Made by a program: the position numbers and the translations under genes. DNA of 54,169 nt, the filler included, from Basidiobolus ranarum (taxonomy: Eukaryota), in the NCBI GenBank assembly GCA_040143965.1. It is 2 parts of 2 records of this genome, joined end to end, with 100 filler letters (N's around TTAATTAATTAA, not from the genome) between each part and the next. Parts side by side here need not be neighbours in the genome. Positions count along the whole stretch, not along the records: positions 1 to 27,096 come from JASJQH010007001.1; 1 more part is not named here. One strand, written 5' to 3'. The notes under the pieces were generated by a model that saw only the letters and a list, made by a program, of their open reading frames with translations, ran no database searches and was not told the origin of the DNA. Shown one piece after another: positions 1 through 11,545 of the stretch; position 1 is the first letter of the stretch, and the number at the start of each line of letters is the position of its first letter.

Positions 1-68
1 ATAGAAATACCGAGTGAGTATATTCAGTGAAAGATAATAATCATTTACGTTTCAATATCATTAACAAT

Positions 69-111
69 TCCTCATTGGTCCAGTGGTTAGGATTTCTCGC
101 TCTCACCGAGA
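69..111 (+). pseudogene. Truncated tRNA-Glu(CTC), 5' half only
   Basis: TCCTCAT-TG-GTCC-AGTGGTTA-GGAT-T-TCTCG-CTCTCAC-CGAGA forms a D-arm and a perfect anticodon stem-loop (CTC at 102-104). No T-arm (GGTTCGA) or 3' acceptor strand follows. Confidence 0.8.
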
Positions 112-314
112 TTCGTTGATTGGCCAGCTTTAGCGATAAATCTAACTATTATCAGACATAGTCGAAATTCATAGAGAACATTCGAAAATAATCATCCAAG
201 TTGGCATGTCCAAAGATTTATTTTCAACAAGACATAGTAATGAAATTAGAGCTCACGAAATTATACAACTACAATCTCTATTCAATAAAGTAGTCGTAGG
301 ATTCAAAATTGATA

Positions 315-1593
315 TTACAACCATTCCAACGCTAAGATTTCTCTTCTTACTCTCTCTTCTACAGTGTACACGGTAGTTACTTTAAACTGGCCCTCGCGCT
401 CAACCAATTGACGGAAAAGGAGAACGCTACCATCACATCCAAAGTACATCGATTTAGCTGCAACATATGCAACACCACCACGTTTGAGTAAAGCTTTGAT
501 GAGACCGTACAGTTTTCCATGCGATTCCACGGAGTAAATGGTCTCTGATGTAAGCAATACATCATATTTGTTCTCTTCGGTGAGATTCAATAGAGTCTAG
601 TGAAACGAGTTTGCACACTTTAAGTAAAGAGATACGAGAAAGCATTCTTATTTTGATTTCTTACCGGCAGACTTTCCCAATCTCCAGAGAAGAACTGAGT
701 TCTATTTGATAATGCCTGGAGGACTTGGTTATTATCCACGTCTTCGATATCAAGTTCAATGAGTCCGTTAACTAGTTCCGAATCTGATTGTGGGCGTGTG
801 ATCGTATTAACCATAACATTAGGGATGGTAATTAATCTAATGACTTGCTCATTATAATCTTGCATATGAACAGTACAAGTTTGATGTTGAACAAGACAAT
901 AAAGGGAAGGTAAAGCAGAACCGCAACCAATCTAAAGGCAACAGGATACAAGAATTAGTTTCCAAACAAGAAATATGAAACTGTCATACTAGCGTTGCAA
1001 ACTTACTTCAAAGATTTTCTTATCATCAAAGAAATCTTTTGATAGTTGTGTGGACATATAACGAACCAAGTCTATGGAACATTCCCAAGTTTTGAAACCA
1101 CCTGATAGTTTTATATAAACGAGTGTAAGTGTTTGCTTGGATTAAATCTTTTTTTACCGACTAATGATTCCGACCTTCATAAATCCCAGCTACTAAATCT
1201 GAGTTATCTTCTAGTCCAACAATGTTTACACGCTCTCCGTTCTCGATCTGGTCCTCTTGCGCGAGTTGGAACTTGACATCTGATAAATGTCTCTTATAAA
1301 TGGGCTGCAAGTCTTGAGCGAACAAGATGGGCTCCACAACCAAGTTTGTAGGCTATATGCAGATTAATAACCGTCGATAAGTTTAAAAAACATACTAAAG
1401 TATTGTTTACCAAAGGAAGTATGAAGTCTGGCGAAATTTCGCGACTGGGTTCGCAAGGTTTGATAACTTCAACATTCACTTGATCAACGTTATCGTCATC
1501 ATCCTAGTAAGTAGGAAATGTAAATCCTCTAGAATATCTCGTGGCGCAAAGTATCAAAACAACAGTACATACTACAAAGTCGAAACGAAACAT
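315..1593 (-). CDS. HPM1: Histidine protein methyltransferase 1 (METTL18/Hpm1 family), 6 exons
   Basis: Spliced translation: MFRFDF...SDLVAGIYEGGFKTWECSIDL...LE|IGCGSALP...QDYNEQV...FFSGDW...YDVLLTSETIYS...AAKSMYFGCDGS...REILALEWL*. All introns are GT-AG. Confidence 0.9.
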
Positions 1594-2324
1594 CTATATT
1601 TTTAGGCTAGGCTTCCAAGTCCAAGAAAGGTGTACTTTTGTGAAGTAACAGCGAACCGTAAATCACCAGATTCGGGGGGTTTTTTTTACCAGCAAGTGCA
1701 AAATTTGATTTTCAAGTTCTGATTGATGTTTCATTTAACTAGAAAACATACAAGAAATCAAATAACATGAAAAAAACATTTGCCCAGTTTGTTGCAGTAT
1801 TAGCTCAGAACATTGTTTCTTCAGCAGTGAGCAGGATCGCGAGTGCTAAATCTAAATTTATACTTGTTCATCTTGATAGTCATTGCCCAATTATATTCGT
1901 AACTGAGATTTCGATAGAACCAATCTTCTGTATCTCTGGATTTTATAAATACGTATTCCGTTTTAGTACTGTTTGTTAAGGCAATTGTTTTAGTGAGTGG
2001 TTCCTAACTAATACTTAGGGTTAGCAAGGCATTAGGTAGGCATTTGGTACTAGTGATAAGAATCGACTCTGGGCGTAGATTGAAATCATATCAAAATTAC
2101 GGTGAAACATTTCTCTATAAAAGGATATTGATCATTGATAGAAAAATCCCGATAAGAGGGATGTCGCTTTCTACATGCACAAATAAAGGTTTGTTCATAC
2201 TACTTTGAATATATCTGATATCAAGGACGCGGATTTCACGCTACAGAGAGGTCAAGATTGAAGTATTTATAAGAGGCCTCATTCGTGACGGAAATCTCAA
2301 TTTCATTCATTTAATCAATTAGAA

Positions 2325-3650
2325 ATGCGATACAATAGTCCACTCGCACAGGTGCTTCTTGTAGGTCTTATATGCTTCTGTTGTCCTGGAATGTTCAACG
2401 TCATCAACGGTATGGGTGCTGGAGGCCAGATAGACAACAACACTGCTAAGAATGGAAATGTTGCTCTTTATGCTTGCTTCGCAGTATTCGGCTACCTTGG
2501 GGGTGGTTTCTACAATGTTCTCGGTGGTCGTCTGTGTATGTTGATTGGTGGCCTTGCCTATGCTCTGTACTCTGGTTCTCTTCTCAACTACAACGTACAT
2601 CATAATGCTGCTTTTGTTATTGGAGCTAGTGCTATCCTTGGTGTAGGTGCTGGTATACTCTGGACCACTCAAGGAGTGATCATGATGTCGTATCCTGCTG
2701 AAGATCAGAAAGGTCGCTGTGTTGGTCTGTTCTGGATCATCTTCAATCTTGGTGGGGTCATGGGAGCCTTCATCCCATTCGGCCTCAACTTCCATTCTGA
2801 CTCGGGGGTTGTGAGTAACTCCACCTACTTGGCCTTCCTGGTCATCATGGTCATTGGTGCCTTTATAGGTCTTGCCATCCTTCCACCAGAGAAGGTTATC
2901 CGTGATAATGGTACTCGTGTACATGTAGAAAAGTTCAGCAATATCGGGCATGAGATTGTTCAGATCTTGAAGTTGTTCACTAACAAGCACATGCTATTAC
3001 TCACTCCTCTCTGCCTTGCATCTAACTGGTTCTATTCATACCAATTCGGAGATGTGAATGGAGTATTGTTCAACCTTAGAACCAGATCATTCAACAATGC
3101 ATTTTACTGGGGATCTCAGATGTTGGGAGCCTTCTTACTCGGTTCATTCCTTGATAGCTCTCGTTTCGGAAGACGTACCCGAGCTCTCTATGGTCTCGTC
3201 GGAGTTGGGGTTCTTTTCACGGCCACTTGGGCTGGAGGTCTTGCTCTTCAACTTCAATACACTCGTGAAGATCATCCTGTGGATATCGACTTCATCAAAG
3301 GTGGTGGTGACTTCTGGCCCAAGTGGTTGTTGTACATTTGTTACGGTCTCTGTGATGCGGCTCTTCAAACCTATGCCTACTGGCTCATGGGAGCATTATC
3401 TAACGACTCTACGGTTCTTGCCAGATATGCCGGCTACTACAAAGGAGTACAATCAGCTGGAGGAGCGATTGCTTGGAGAATTGATGCTGTCAATACCGCA
3501 TTCCTCACCCAACTAATCATCTCTTGGGCATTATTCACTATCTCTATCCCATTCACCTACCTTGTAGCTAAAAGCGTCAAAGATACGTGCAATGATAGTG
3601 ACAGTGACAGTGGCAGCGACCGTGATATAAAGGCGAAGGAAACTGCTTGA
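2325..3650 (+). CDS. UNC93-like MFS transporter (Ngt1/NOPE1-like), copy 1, intronless
   Basis: 441-aa multi-TM ORF with RYNSPLAQV..G.ICFCCPGMFN, FWIIFNLGG, SNWFYSYQF and YAGYYKGVQSAG motifs. Confidence 0.9.
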   Translation: MRYNSPLAQVLLVGLICFCCPGMFNVINGMGAGGQIDNNTAKNGNVALYACFAVFGYLGGGFYNVLGGRLCMLIGGLAYALYSGSLLNYNVHHNAAFVIGASAILGVGAGILWTTQGVIMMSYPAEDQKGRCVGLFWIIFNLGGVMGAFIPFGLNFHSDSGVVSNSTYLAFLVIMVIGAFIGLAILPPEKVIRDNGTRVHVEKFSNIGHEIVQILKLFTNKHMLLLTPLCLASNWFYSYQFGDVNGVLFNLRTRSFNNAFYWGSQMLGAFLLGSFLDSSRFGRRTRALYGLVGVGVLFTATWAGGLALQLQYTREDHPVDIDFIKGGGDFWPKWLLYICYGLCDAALQTYAYWLMGALSNDSTVLARYAGYYKGVQSAGGAIAWRIDAVNTAFLTQLIISWALFTISIPFTYLVAKSVKDTCNDSDSDSGSDRDIKAKETA

Positions 3651-4422
3651 GCTCAAATTTTGAATACTGTATCTTTATCCTCAGACATAACTACATTCGT
3701 ACTTTACTGTGAATATCAACCCATTATATCGCTCAGAATTACATCAAACATTAATGAATGAAGCAGAGAATTGCTTTTAAATTTAAATACATCGTGCTAT
3801 AGAAGTTCTAAATAAACATCATTTTCACATAACTAAATACTATTATGTAACTAATTGATCCAAAACTATATTTGAACTATACTGAGACTTATGATCTTTG
3901 ATATATGTTTAACTAACTTGAATTTCTTTTGCCTGCATTATACATACACTCTCTATGTTGCTCCATCTACATGAATTTGATTTATTTACTATATAGAGTA
4001 CACTTATATACAACCGTGCACTATAATGCCCAAATTGCGCTCAGGTCATGACGAGTTTCCCATATTAATACAATAAGTTTACCGAGGATATTGGGATTCA
4101 ATATTCTACCTATTTGTAAACCCAAGTGACCATTGCTTCGCAAGAAAACCATTAATATGTTATATCTTTTGATCTAACAAAATTATTACAAGTTCAGTAC
4201 CCTACCAAATCACGCCAATCAAGTATGAACGTTTACATAAAACAATCAATAAGAATTTTTTTTTGAGATTTGGCAACTAAAGGAAGCTAAGTGATATTCG
4301 GTAATAAAATCTATTCGAAGTTGAATGAACTAATGGCTACACTGTAAAAAAGAATGTGATATATTGTCTTAATTACAATTTTCTAGTGATTATTGCCCAG
4401 AATTATCTTCCTATATCCAGAA

Positions 4423-4788
4423 TTGTGACGCAGTAGTCTGCTCACACTGGTGTTTCTTGTAGGTATTATATACTTCTGCTGCACTAGGGTGTTCAACATC
4501 ATCATCGGTGGCTAAATAGACAACAACACTGTCAAGAACAGGAATGTTGCTCTCTATGCTTACTTCGCTGTATTCAATTATTTCGGAGGTGGTTTCAACA
4601 ATGTTCTCGGTGGACGTCTGCATCTGTTGTTTGGATTCACCAGAATGCTACCGTTGTTATTGGAGCTGGCGCTATACTCGGTGTCGATGTTGATATACTC
4701 TGGGCCACTCAAGGGGTGATCATGATGATGTATCTTACGAAAGATCAGAAAAGTTGCTGTGTTGATCTGCTCTGAATCATTTTCAATC
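4423..4788 (+). pseudogene. Degraded 5' fragment of the UNC93-like transporter
   Basis: Aligns by eye to the first ~430 nt of the neighbouring copies (e.g. atagacaacaacactg, acaatgttctcggtgg, aagatcagaaa). The ATG is lost and there are deletions, frameshifts and stops. Confidence 0.85.
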
Positions 4789-5363
4789 GAGATGTTATGG
4801 GAATTTCGTCCTGTGCTATACAATGATTTATGTTCATCAACTTTTTTGCTTATTAAACGTTATAATGTTACCAACTACCAGTAGTAGATTCGTACATTAG
4901 ACCAGGGACAAAAATGATAGCCCTGGTCGTGCTTAAGATGTAACCTAAAAGGTAAGAAAAGTATCACCAATTATATAATATTTATCAAAATGCAAGAATT
5001 ATTAACCCCAGCAATGATATACGTATTAGAGTTGATTATAAGTATATATAAGGATAATCAAAATATTCTCAGTCTAGACACATTGTTCAAATTACTTTCA
5101 TAACTGTCGATCCATAATTTTACCAAATATAATATCGCCAATCTATGGTTCCACAAACTAGTATATCAACATGCCACATATTCAACTCCATTTCCCTTGA
5201 AAATTTATACTATGAGAGTGCTCAACGTCATCTTAGCCTTTACCATAGTTTATTTGTTAACCATGGAATGTCATGAAATACTACGCTATAGTATCTTGGT
5301 ATTCATCGATCATTCGTTTCCCGAGATTTAGCCCTAAAATTCATGCACTAGTAGAAGTATCCA

Positions 5364-6665
5364 ATGAGATATAGTAGTCCGCTCACACAGGTGCTTCTTG
5401 TAGGTCTTATATGCTTCTGTTGTCCTGGAATGTTCAACGTCATCAACGGTATGGGTGCTGGAGGCCAGATAGACAACAACACTGCTAAGAATGGAAATGT
5501 TGCTCTTTATGCTTGCTTCGCAGTATTCGGCTACCTTGGGGGTGGTTTCTACAATGTTCTCGGTGGTCGTCTGTGTATGTTGATTGGTGGCCTTGCCTAT
5601 GCTCTGTACTCTGGTTCTCTTCTCAACTACAACGTACATCATAATGCTGCTTTTGTTATTGGAGCTAGTGCTATCCTCGGTGTAGGTGCTGGTATACTCT
5701 GGACCACTCAAGGAGTGATCATGATGTCGTATCCTGCTGAAGATCAGAAAGGTCGCTGTGTTGGTCTGTTCTGGATCATCTTCAATCTTGGTGGGGTCAT
5801 GGGAGCCTTCATCCCATTCGGCCTCAACTTCCATTCTGACTCGGGGGTTGTGAGTAACTCCACCTACTTGGCCTTCCTGGTCATCATGGTCATTGGTGCC
5901 TTTATAGGTCTTGCCATCCTTCCACCAGAGAAGGTTATCCGTGATAATGGTACTCGTGTGCATGTGGAAAAGTTCAGCAACATCGGTCATGAAATCGTTC
6001 AGATCTTGAAGTTGTTCACTAACAAGCACATGCTATTACTCACTCCTCTCTGCCTTGCATCTAACTGGTTCTATTCATACCAATTCGGAGATGTGAATGG
6101 AGTATTGTTCAACCTTAGAACCAGATCATTCAACAATGCATTTTACTGGGGATCTCAGATGTTGGGAGCCTTCTTACTCGGTTCATTCCTTGATAGCTCT
6201 CGTTTCGGAAGACGTACCCGAGCTCTCTATGGTCTCGTCGGAGTTGGGGTTCTTTTCACGGCCACTTGGGCTGGAGGTCTTGCTCTTCAACTTCAATACA
6301 CTCGTGAAGATCATCCTGTGGATATCGACTTCATCAAAGGTGGTGGTGACTTCTGGCCCAAGTGGTTGTTGTACATTTGTTACGGTCTCTGTGATGCGGC
6401 TCTTCAAACCTATGCCTACTGGCTCATGGGAGCATTATCTAACGACTCTACGGTTCTTGCCAGATATGCCGGCTACTACAAAGGAGTACAATCAGCTGGA
6501 GGAGCGATTGCTTGGAGAATTGATGCTGTCAATACCGCATTCCTCACCCAACTAATCATCTCTTGGGTATTATTCACTATTTCTATTCCATTCACATACT
6601 TTGTAGCCCGGGACGTCAAAGAGACATGTGTTGATGCTGAAACCAAAATAGAAGAAGCTACTTAA
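5364..6665 (+). CDS. UNC93-like MFS transporter, copy 2, intronless
   Basis: 433-aa ORF nearly identical to 2325-3650 except at the termini. Confidence 0.9.
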   Translation: MRYSSPLTQVLLVGLICFCCPGMFNVINGMGAGGQIDNNTAKNGNVALYACFAVFGYLGGGFYNVLGGRLCMLIGGLAYALYSGSLLNYNVHHNAAFVIGASAILGVGAGILWTTQGVIMMSYPAEDQKGRCVGLFWIIFNLGGVMGAFIPFGLNFHSDSGVVSNSTYLAFLVIMVIGAFIGLAILPPEKVIRDNGTRVHVEKFSNIGHEIVQILKLFTNKHMLLLTPLCLASNWFYSYQFGDVNGVLFNLRTRSFNNAFYWGSQMLGAFLLGSFLDSSRFGRRTRALYGLVGVGVLFTATWAGGLALQLQYTREDHPVDIDFIKGGGDFWPKWLLYICYGLCDAALQTYAYWLMGALSNDSTVLARYAGYYKGVQSAGGAIAWRIDAVNTAFLTQLIISWVLFTISIPFTYFVARDVKETCVDAETKIEEAT

Positions 6666-7088
6666 ATCAAAAGTCATTGAATGATAAACTACCTCATTTA
6701 TTGTGAATATTCTACTCGAAATGAATACCGAAAAATCGAAAATTTTTGATGAATTACCAAGCTATTTTTACGTTTATTTATTTTTTATTCAATCCAAGCT
6801 GATTGTTTATCATTATCACATCTTCCTCATATGGTATTAATGAGTATTTATTGATTTGGACGTCTAATACAGTTTATTTATATTACCCCAAATAATTGAT
6901 TGATTCATCATGGGTAATAATAATGTTAAATATATGAAGGATACTTTGGGTGTGCTTCGAAAAGCATGAGATTTTATTGTAATTATGATATGCTAAGATT
7001 CACTTGAAATTTAAGTAGTAAGTGGGAGGAACAATAAATATACATGGAATTGATATGAAAAATTTCGGATATATGAGGGGAATTTCCT

Positions 7089-8393
7089 TTAAACAGAATC
7101 AATCTGTTTCTCATTGTTCTCCACGTTATTGGTTTCTTTGATATCCTTGGCAATTAGGTATGTGAATGGAAGAGCAACCGTGAATAATGCCCATGATATA
7201 ATGAGTTGAGTGAGGAATGGTGAATTAATTGCGTCAATTCTCCAGGCAATGGCACCACCAGCCGATTGGAGACCTTTGTAGAAACCAGCATATCTGGCAA
7301 GAATGGTGGAATCATTGGATAGGGCACCCATGATCCAGTAGGCATAGGTTTGAAGAGCAGCATCGCATACACCGTAACAGACATACAATAACCACTTGGG
7401 CCAGAAGGATGCAGGATCGCTAATGAAGTCAATGTCGGAGGGATGACTTTCACGAGTGTATTGAAGTTGGAGAGCAAGACCTCCACCCCAGGTAGCCGTG
7501 AAAAACACTCCTACAATAGCAAGACCATAGATAGCTCTGGCACGTCTTCCGAATCGAGGATTATCGAGGAAAGCACCCAGTCCATAGGCACCAGCCATTT
7601 GTGAACCCCAGTAGAAAGCATTATTGAAGGATCTGGTACGAAGACTGAACAATACACCATTGACAGCTCCGAATTGGTATGAGTAGAACCAGTTAGATGC
7701 GAGACACATGGGGATCAATAAAAGCATGTTCTTGTCAGTGAAAAGTTTGAGAACCTCTAGAACTTCTTTCCAAATGTTGCTGAACTTCTCAACATGAACG
7801 CGACTACCATCATCACGGACAACCTTCTCTGGTGGAAGTAAGGCTAATCCAACGAAGGCTCCAACAACCATGATAACCAAGAATGCTAAGTAGGTAGAGT
7901 TGCTTACAGCGCCAGATGTGGAATGGAAGTTGAGTCCGAAAGGAATGAAAGCGCCCATGACACCTCCAAGGTTGAAGATGATCCAGAATAGACCAACACA
8001 ACGACCTTTTTGATCTTCAGCGGGATATGCCATCATCACTACACCCTGAGCGGTCCAGAGAATACCAGCACCAATACCAAGGACAGCACTGGCTCCAATG
8101 ACGAAAGCAGCATTCTTGTGCTCATTATAGTTGAGGAGAGAACCAGAGTATAGAGCATAAGAAAGACCTCCAAACAACAAGCATAAACGTCCACCGAGGA
8201 TATTGTAAACACCACCACCAAAATAACCGAATATAGCAAAGCAAGCGTAAAGGGCGACATTTCCGTTCTTGGCAGTATTGTCATCCATCAAACCACCGGC
8301 ACCCATACCATTGATGACATTGAACATACCGGGGCAACAGAAGCAGACAAGGCCTACAAGAAGCACTTGTGCAAGAGGGCTATTGTATCTCAT
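7089..8393 (-). CDS. UNC93-like MFS transporter, copy 3 (older paralog), intronless
   Basis: 434-aa ORF colinear with copies 1 and 2, with many synonymous and conservative changes. Confidence 0.9.
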   Translation of the reverse strand: MRYNSPLAQVLLVGLVCFCCPGMFNVINGMGAGGLMDDNTAKNGNVALYACFAIFGYFGGGVYNILGGRLCLLFGGLSYALYSGSLLNYNEHKNAAFVIGASAVLGIGAGILWTAQGVVMMAYPAEDQKGRCVGLFWIIFNLGGVMGAFIPFGLNFHSTSGAVSNSTYLAFLVIMVVGAFVGLALLPPEKVVRDDGSRVHVEKFSNIWKEVLEVLKLFTDKNMLLLIPMCLASNWFYSYQFGAVNGVLFSLRTRSFNNAFYWGSQMAGAYGLGAFLDNPRFGRRARAIYGLAIVGVFFTATWGGGLALQLQYTRESHPSDIDFISDPASFWPKWLLYVCYGVCDAALQTYAYWIMGALSNDSTILARYAGFYKGLQSAGGAIAWRIDAINSPFLTQLIISWALFTVALPFTYLIAKDIKETNNVENNEKQIDSV

Positions 8394-10096
8394 AATGAAG
8401 GAAAATAAACTATAATCTTTAATTGTGAGATGCAGACCTCTTTTATATGCAACTAACGGTCGAATGTTTTAATAATTAGTTGAAAAAAACGGGACCAATA
8501 TTTTTAGATTTTTAGTCTTTTGGGTTCCATTCAAATAACTTGTGTCACGTATCAACAGAATATCTGTGGATTCCATTTCATTTCCAAGGATTTCATGATT
8601 TTACACCATCCGATTTCTGTATTTAGTTCATACTTATTCTGTTACTTTTTTTGTCACCGTATACGGCACAATCCTCTGTTACACACGTTTCAAGCTTTGG
8701 TACACAAACCTAATCACCTGCACTTATTATCCCTCTAATTATCTCGAAGTTCATTTAGAATTATGGATTCATCGAATTCGGCCCTATTTCTCTTAATTCA
8801 AGATGAATGTCTCAGTTGACAGACTCGGAAGAATAACTGAGTTTCCCAATTTGGTGATTGAAAAAGTGGGGGAGTCATTTTAGGCAAAACTCACACTGTG
8901 GAATGATTGTACCACCTGGAGGTCATCTGATTTGTCTCGATACACTCGTATCAAATATCCATGGTTTATTTCATAGAAATTATCGAATATAGACAATAAG
9001 AGTACATCCAAATTATGGTACACTGACATAGAAAGCTAGGATCACTATTCCGGTGAAACGGTTGGAATGACAGTTCAAGACCGCTGGATTCTACTGGCTG
9101 ACTTTCTACAAATCAACTGGTAAGCAACGGAAATTGCATGTTTACTTGATGTTCGAGAAAGCGTAGGAAAGACTATGGGCGTAGGTATGATTAGTATGAC
9201 TAATGGAAACAATGGGCTAGGCCATGTTGATCTCATTTGTTACTCAATCTTCATGTGCTAACAACCACTTGGGCAGAGCTCTGGCTGATCGTTGGGAAAG
9301 GCCAAACCTATTTGAATGTTTGCAGTAATTCAATCAGGATATTTGTGGCTTTGTGGTTGATGATCGATCTAGTCGTAGTGAACATCTCGACTAGAAATTA
9401 CCGGTATTGTTGTGTTCGTTGGTAAAGTCCGACATTAAATTTGGTGATGTTGATCTATGGTGGAAATGGCCTGTTTATTTGCCATAAAGTAATCGAATCA
9501 AAGACAATCCTAATTCATCCCAGATGGGCATATGACAACACAACAACGTTACTACATGAAGCTGGTGAAGTTTTATTCAACCTTTAATTTAGGTTATTTA
9601 CGTCGGAGTGACCTTCTTTAGATTTGTTTTCGACTCCGTTTCCAATTCTGTACAATTATCTGACTCCTTCGTTAATCATGTGGTTATGGTAAAAGCCAAT
9701 TAGACTCTGTAGACTCTTCATGGACACCATGAAGTTGCTAAATAATGTCGAATATTGCTCTAGTTCGGTTAAATGGAGATTCACGTGAGAAAAGTGGGCT
9801 CTTAGCACTCGAAGTTGAAATCTGCCAGAGTAATCATTGGATTAAGCCACTTCTACACGGTGCAGTGTGATGGATTTCATTTAATCTTAACCACGGTCAC
9901 AGCATTTTTGTGAGAAAACCGGTTCATCGTGCAGCACGAACTATTCTCCATTTTAGGGAATGTACGACTCTGACGAAGCTCTTAATTAGGAAAGCGGTTA
10001 TGGGGTTATGGATGGTGGTAGTTATAGTGATATTGGAGAGGTCACTTTGGTAACTATTCTTCATTTACCACGTTGCGTTTACCCCTCTGCGGTAGG

Positions 10097-10215
10097 ATTG
10101 ATAAAGAGTTGGATGAGGTAGTGACAAGAATTAATAAGGAGTTGGATGAGGTAGTGACAAGAATTAATAAGGAGTTGGATGAGGTAGTGACAAGAATTAA
10201 TAAGGAGTTGGATGA
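10097..10215. repeat. 33-bp tandem repeat, about 3.6 copies
   Basis: Unit aataaggagttggatgaggtagtgacaagaatt repeated directly. Confidence 0.95.
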
Positions 10216-10216
10216 T

Positions 10217-11545
10217 TTATTTAAGTACAATTTCAATGGGATCCTTTCTGGCGAAATACACTTCATGCAATCTCAGAGCATATTTTGAAAATGTTGATCT
10301 AGGTGTACCTACAAAATAGTATCCACGAGAGGCAACTACCGAATCTACCATTGGAATGAGATGCGATGTAAGGGGGATTCCGTCTTCGGGGTTGCGTTCA
10401 TCGAATAGAGAAGACGTCTCATTTCTAAAGTCTGAATATATGAAGGTACATGGATACTCTTGGAATAATGGAAGCAGTAGTTTCTCTTCTCGTGGATTGT
10501 TTAGATCTGTGGCTAGATACAGTATTGGGGAATGAAAGGATGCATAGGCTGATCTGGTCAGGCATGACTCCAACGAGGGCGGGCTCCTAGGATCGAATAG
10601 AGTGGCGGGTTCTGAACCTTGTATATTTGCAGGGACTATCCTGGTAGCAAGCATCTCTTTGATTTCATCAAGAATGATCTTTAAATTCTTTGATAAATCC
10701 TCGGCAAAGTAAAAGTCGGAAGCACGCAAGTGAATCCCATAATAATTCTCGGAACCTCCCAACTTTTTGGTTAGTTTTTTGGAAATTTCGTGTACCACCG
10801 GTGAATCATATACCAACTTCCGACGTAATTGTTCAAAGTAAGCAGTATTTTCCGGGATATCTGTTTGAATTCGCCAGCTCGAAAATAATGAGCCAAAGAA
10901 AATGAGCTTGTTGGGGATTTTCTTCAATTCATCTAACAAAATCACCCGATTGAACTGATTTAAGGCGAATGTACTATTGAGACGGTCAACGATGGTATAG
11001 TTATACAAAGTGGTATCCTTGATGTAATGTATCTCTTCATCGATTTTAATCCCATGCATATCCAACTCGTTGCTCGCAAACTCTGCTTGTTGCTTGAAGT
11101 TTATCGTATTTCGAAACTTTTCTAGGTTAAAAAAGTATTTCCACGGCATTTTAGTCCAAGTTTCATAACCGGTACACTCTAGTGGTAAATCTTTTAATTT
11201 ATAATCCCCGCAGTGACCCAAAGTCTTTTTGCTTTTACTCGTAAGCCAGTTATGTAAGCTGTTAAACGAACGCCACGGAATGGGTGGGCCCAAAAGAACT
11301 GGAGGAAGTAAAACTGTTCTATTGAGTAATTTAGCCAAGAATAAAGCATTTTCTAATTCTATTCGTTGATTGTGAAAGCCACTGTGAGGTAGATAAGTGA
11401 TGAACTTCTCTGTAGGCGTAAAATTGGTATACGCATCTGAAGTATTTTCTTGACGCTCCCATAAAGATGAAAATAGGTAGCAAGCGCAAAAAAACCATAT
11501 GAGAAGGAGAAAAGCCATTATTCCTTGGCGGTAATACTTCACCAT
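10217..11545 (-). CDS. O-fucosyltransferase-like glycosyltransferase (type II membrane protein), intronless
   Basis: N-terminal TM segment; TYLPHSGFHNQRIELENA..LA..LNRT..LPP, GIHLRASD, LYLATD and FVGTPRSTFS motifs. The probable ATG (MVKYY) is at 11545. Confidence 0.85.
   Translation of the reverse strand: MVKYYRQGIMAFLLLIWFFCACYLFSSLWERQENTSDAYTNFTPTEKFITYLPHSGFHNQRIELENALFLAKLLNRTVLLPPVLLGPPIPWRSFNSLHNWLTSKSKKTLGHCGDYKLKDLPLECTGYETWTKMPWKYFFNLEKFRNTINFKQQAEFASNELDMHGIKIDEEIHYIKDTTLYNYTIVDRLNSTFALNQFNRVILLDELKKIPNKLIFFGSLFSSWRIQTDIPENTAYFEQLRRKLVYDSPVVHEISKKLTKKLGGSENYYGIHLRASDFYFAEDLSKNLKIILDEIKEMLATRIVPANIQGSEPATLFDPRSPPSLESCLTRSAYASFHSPILYLATDLNNPREEKLLLPLFQEYPCTFIYSDFRNETSSLFDERNPEDGIPLTSHLIPMVDSVVASRGYYFVGTPRSTFSKYALRLHEVYFARKDPIEIVLK

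Noticed and set aside
2319-6555. Long antisense and alternative-frame ORFs (2319-2990, 3058-3516, 5334-6029, 6097-6555)
   Set aside because: Shadows of the transporter CDSs. They appear twice only because the DNA is duplicated.
8980-9560. Splice-like signals (GTAAGC, GTATGA...GCTAAC...CAG) with coding-like text on +
   Set aside because: Stops occur in every frame I tried and no family was recognised. It may be a pseudogene but I cannot support that.
10097-10215. CRISPR array
   Set aside because: The repeats are contiguous with no spacers, and the context is eukaryotic.
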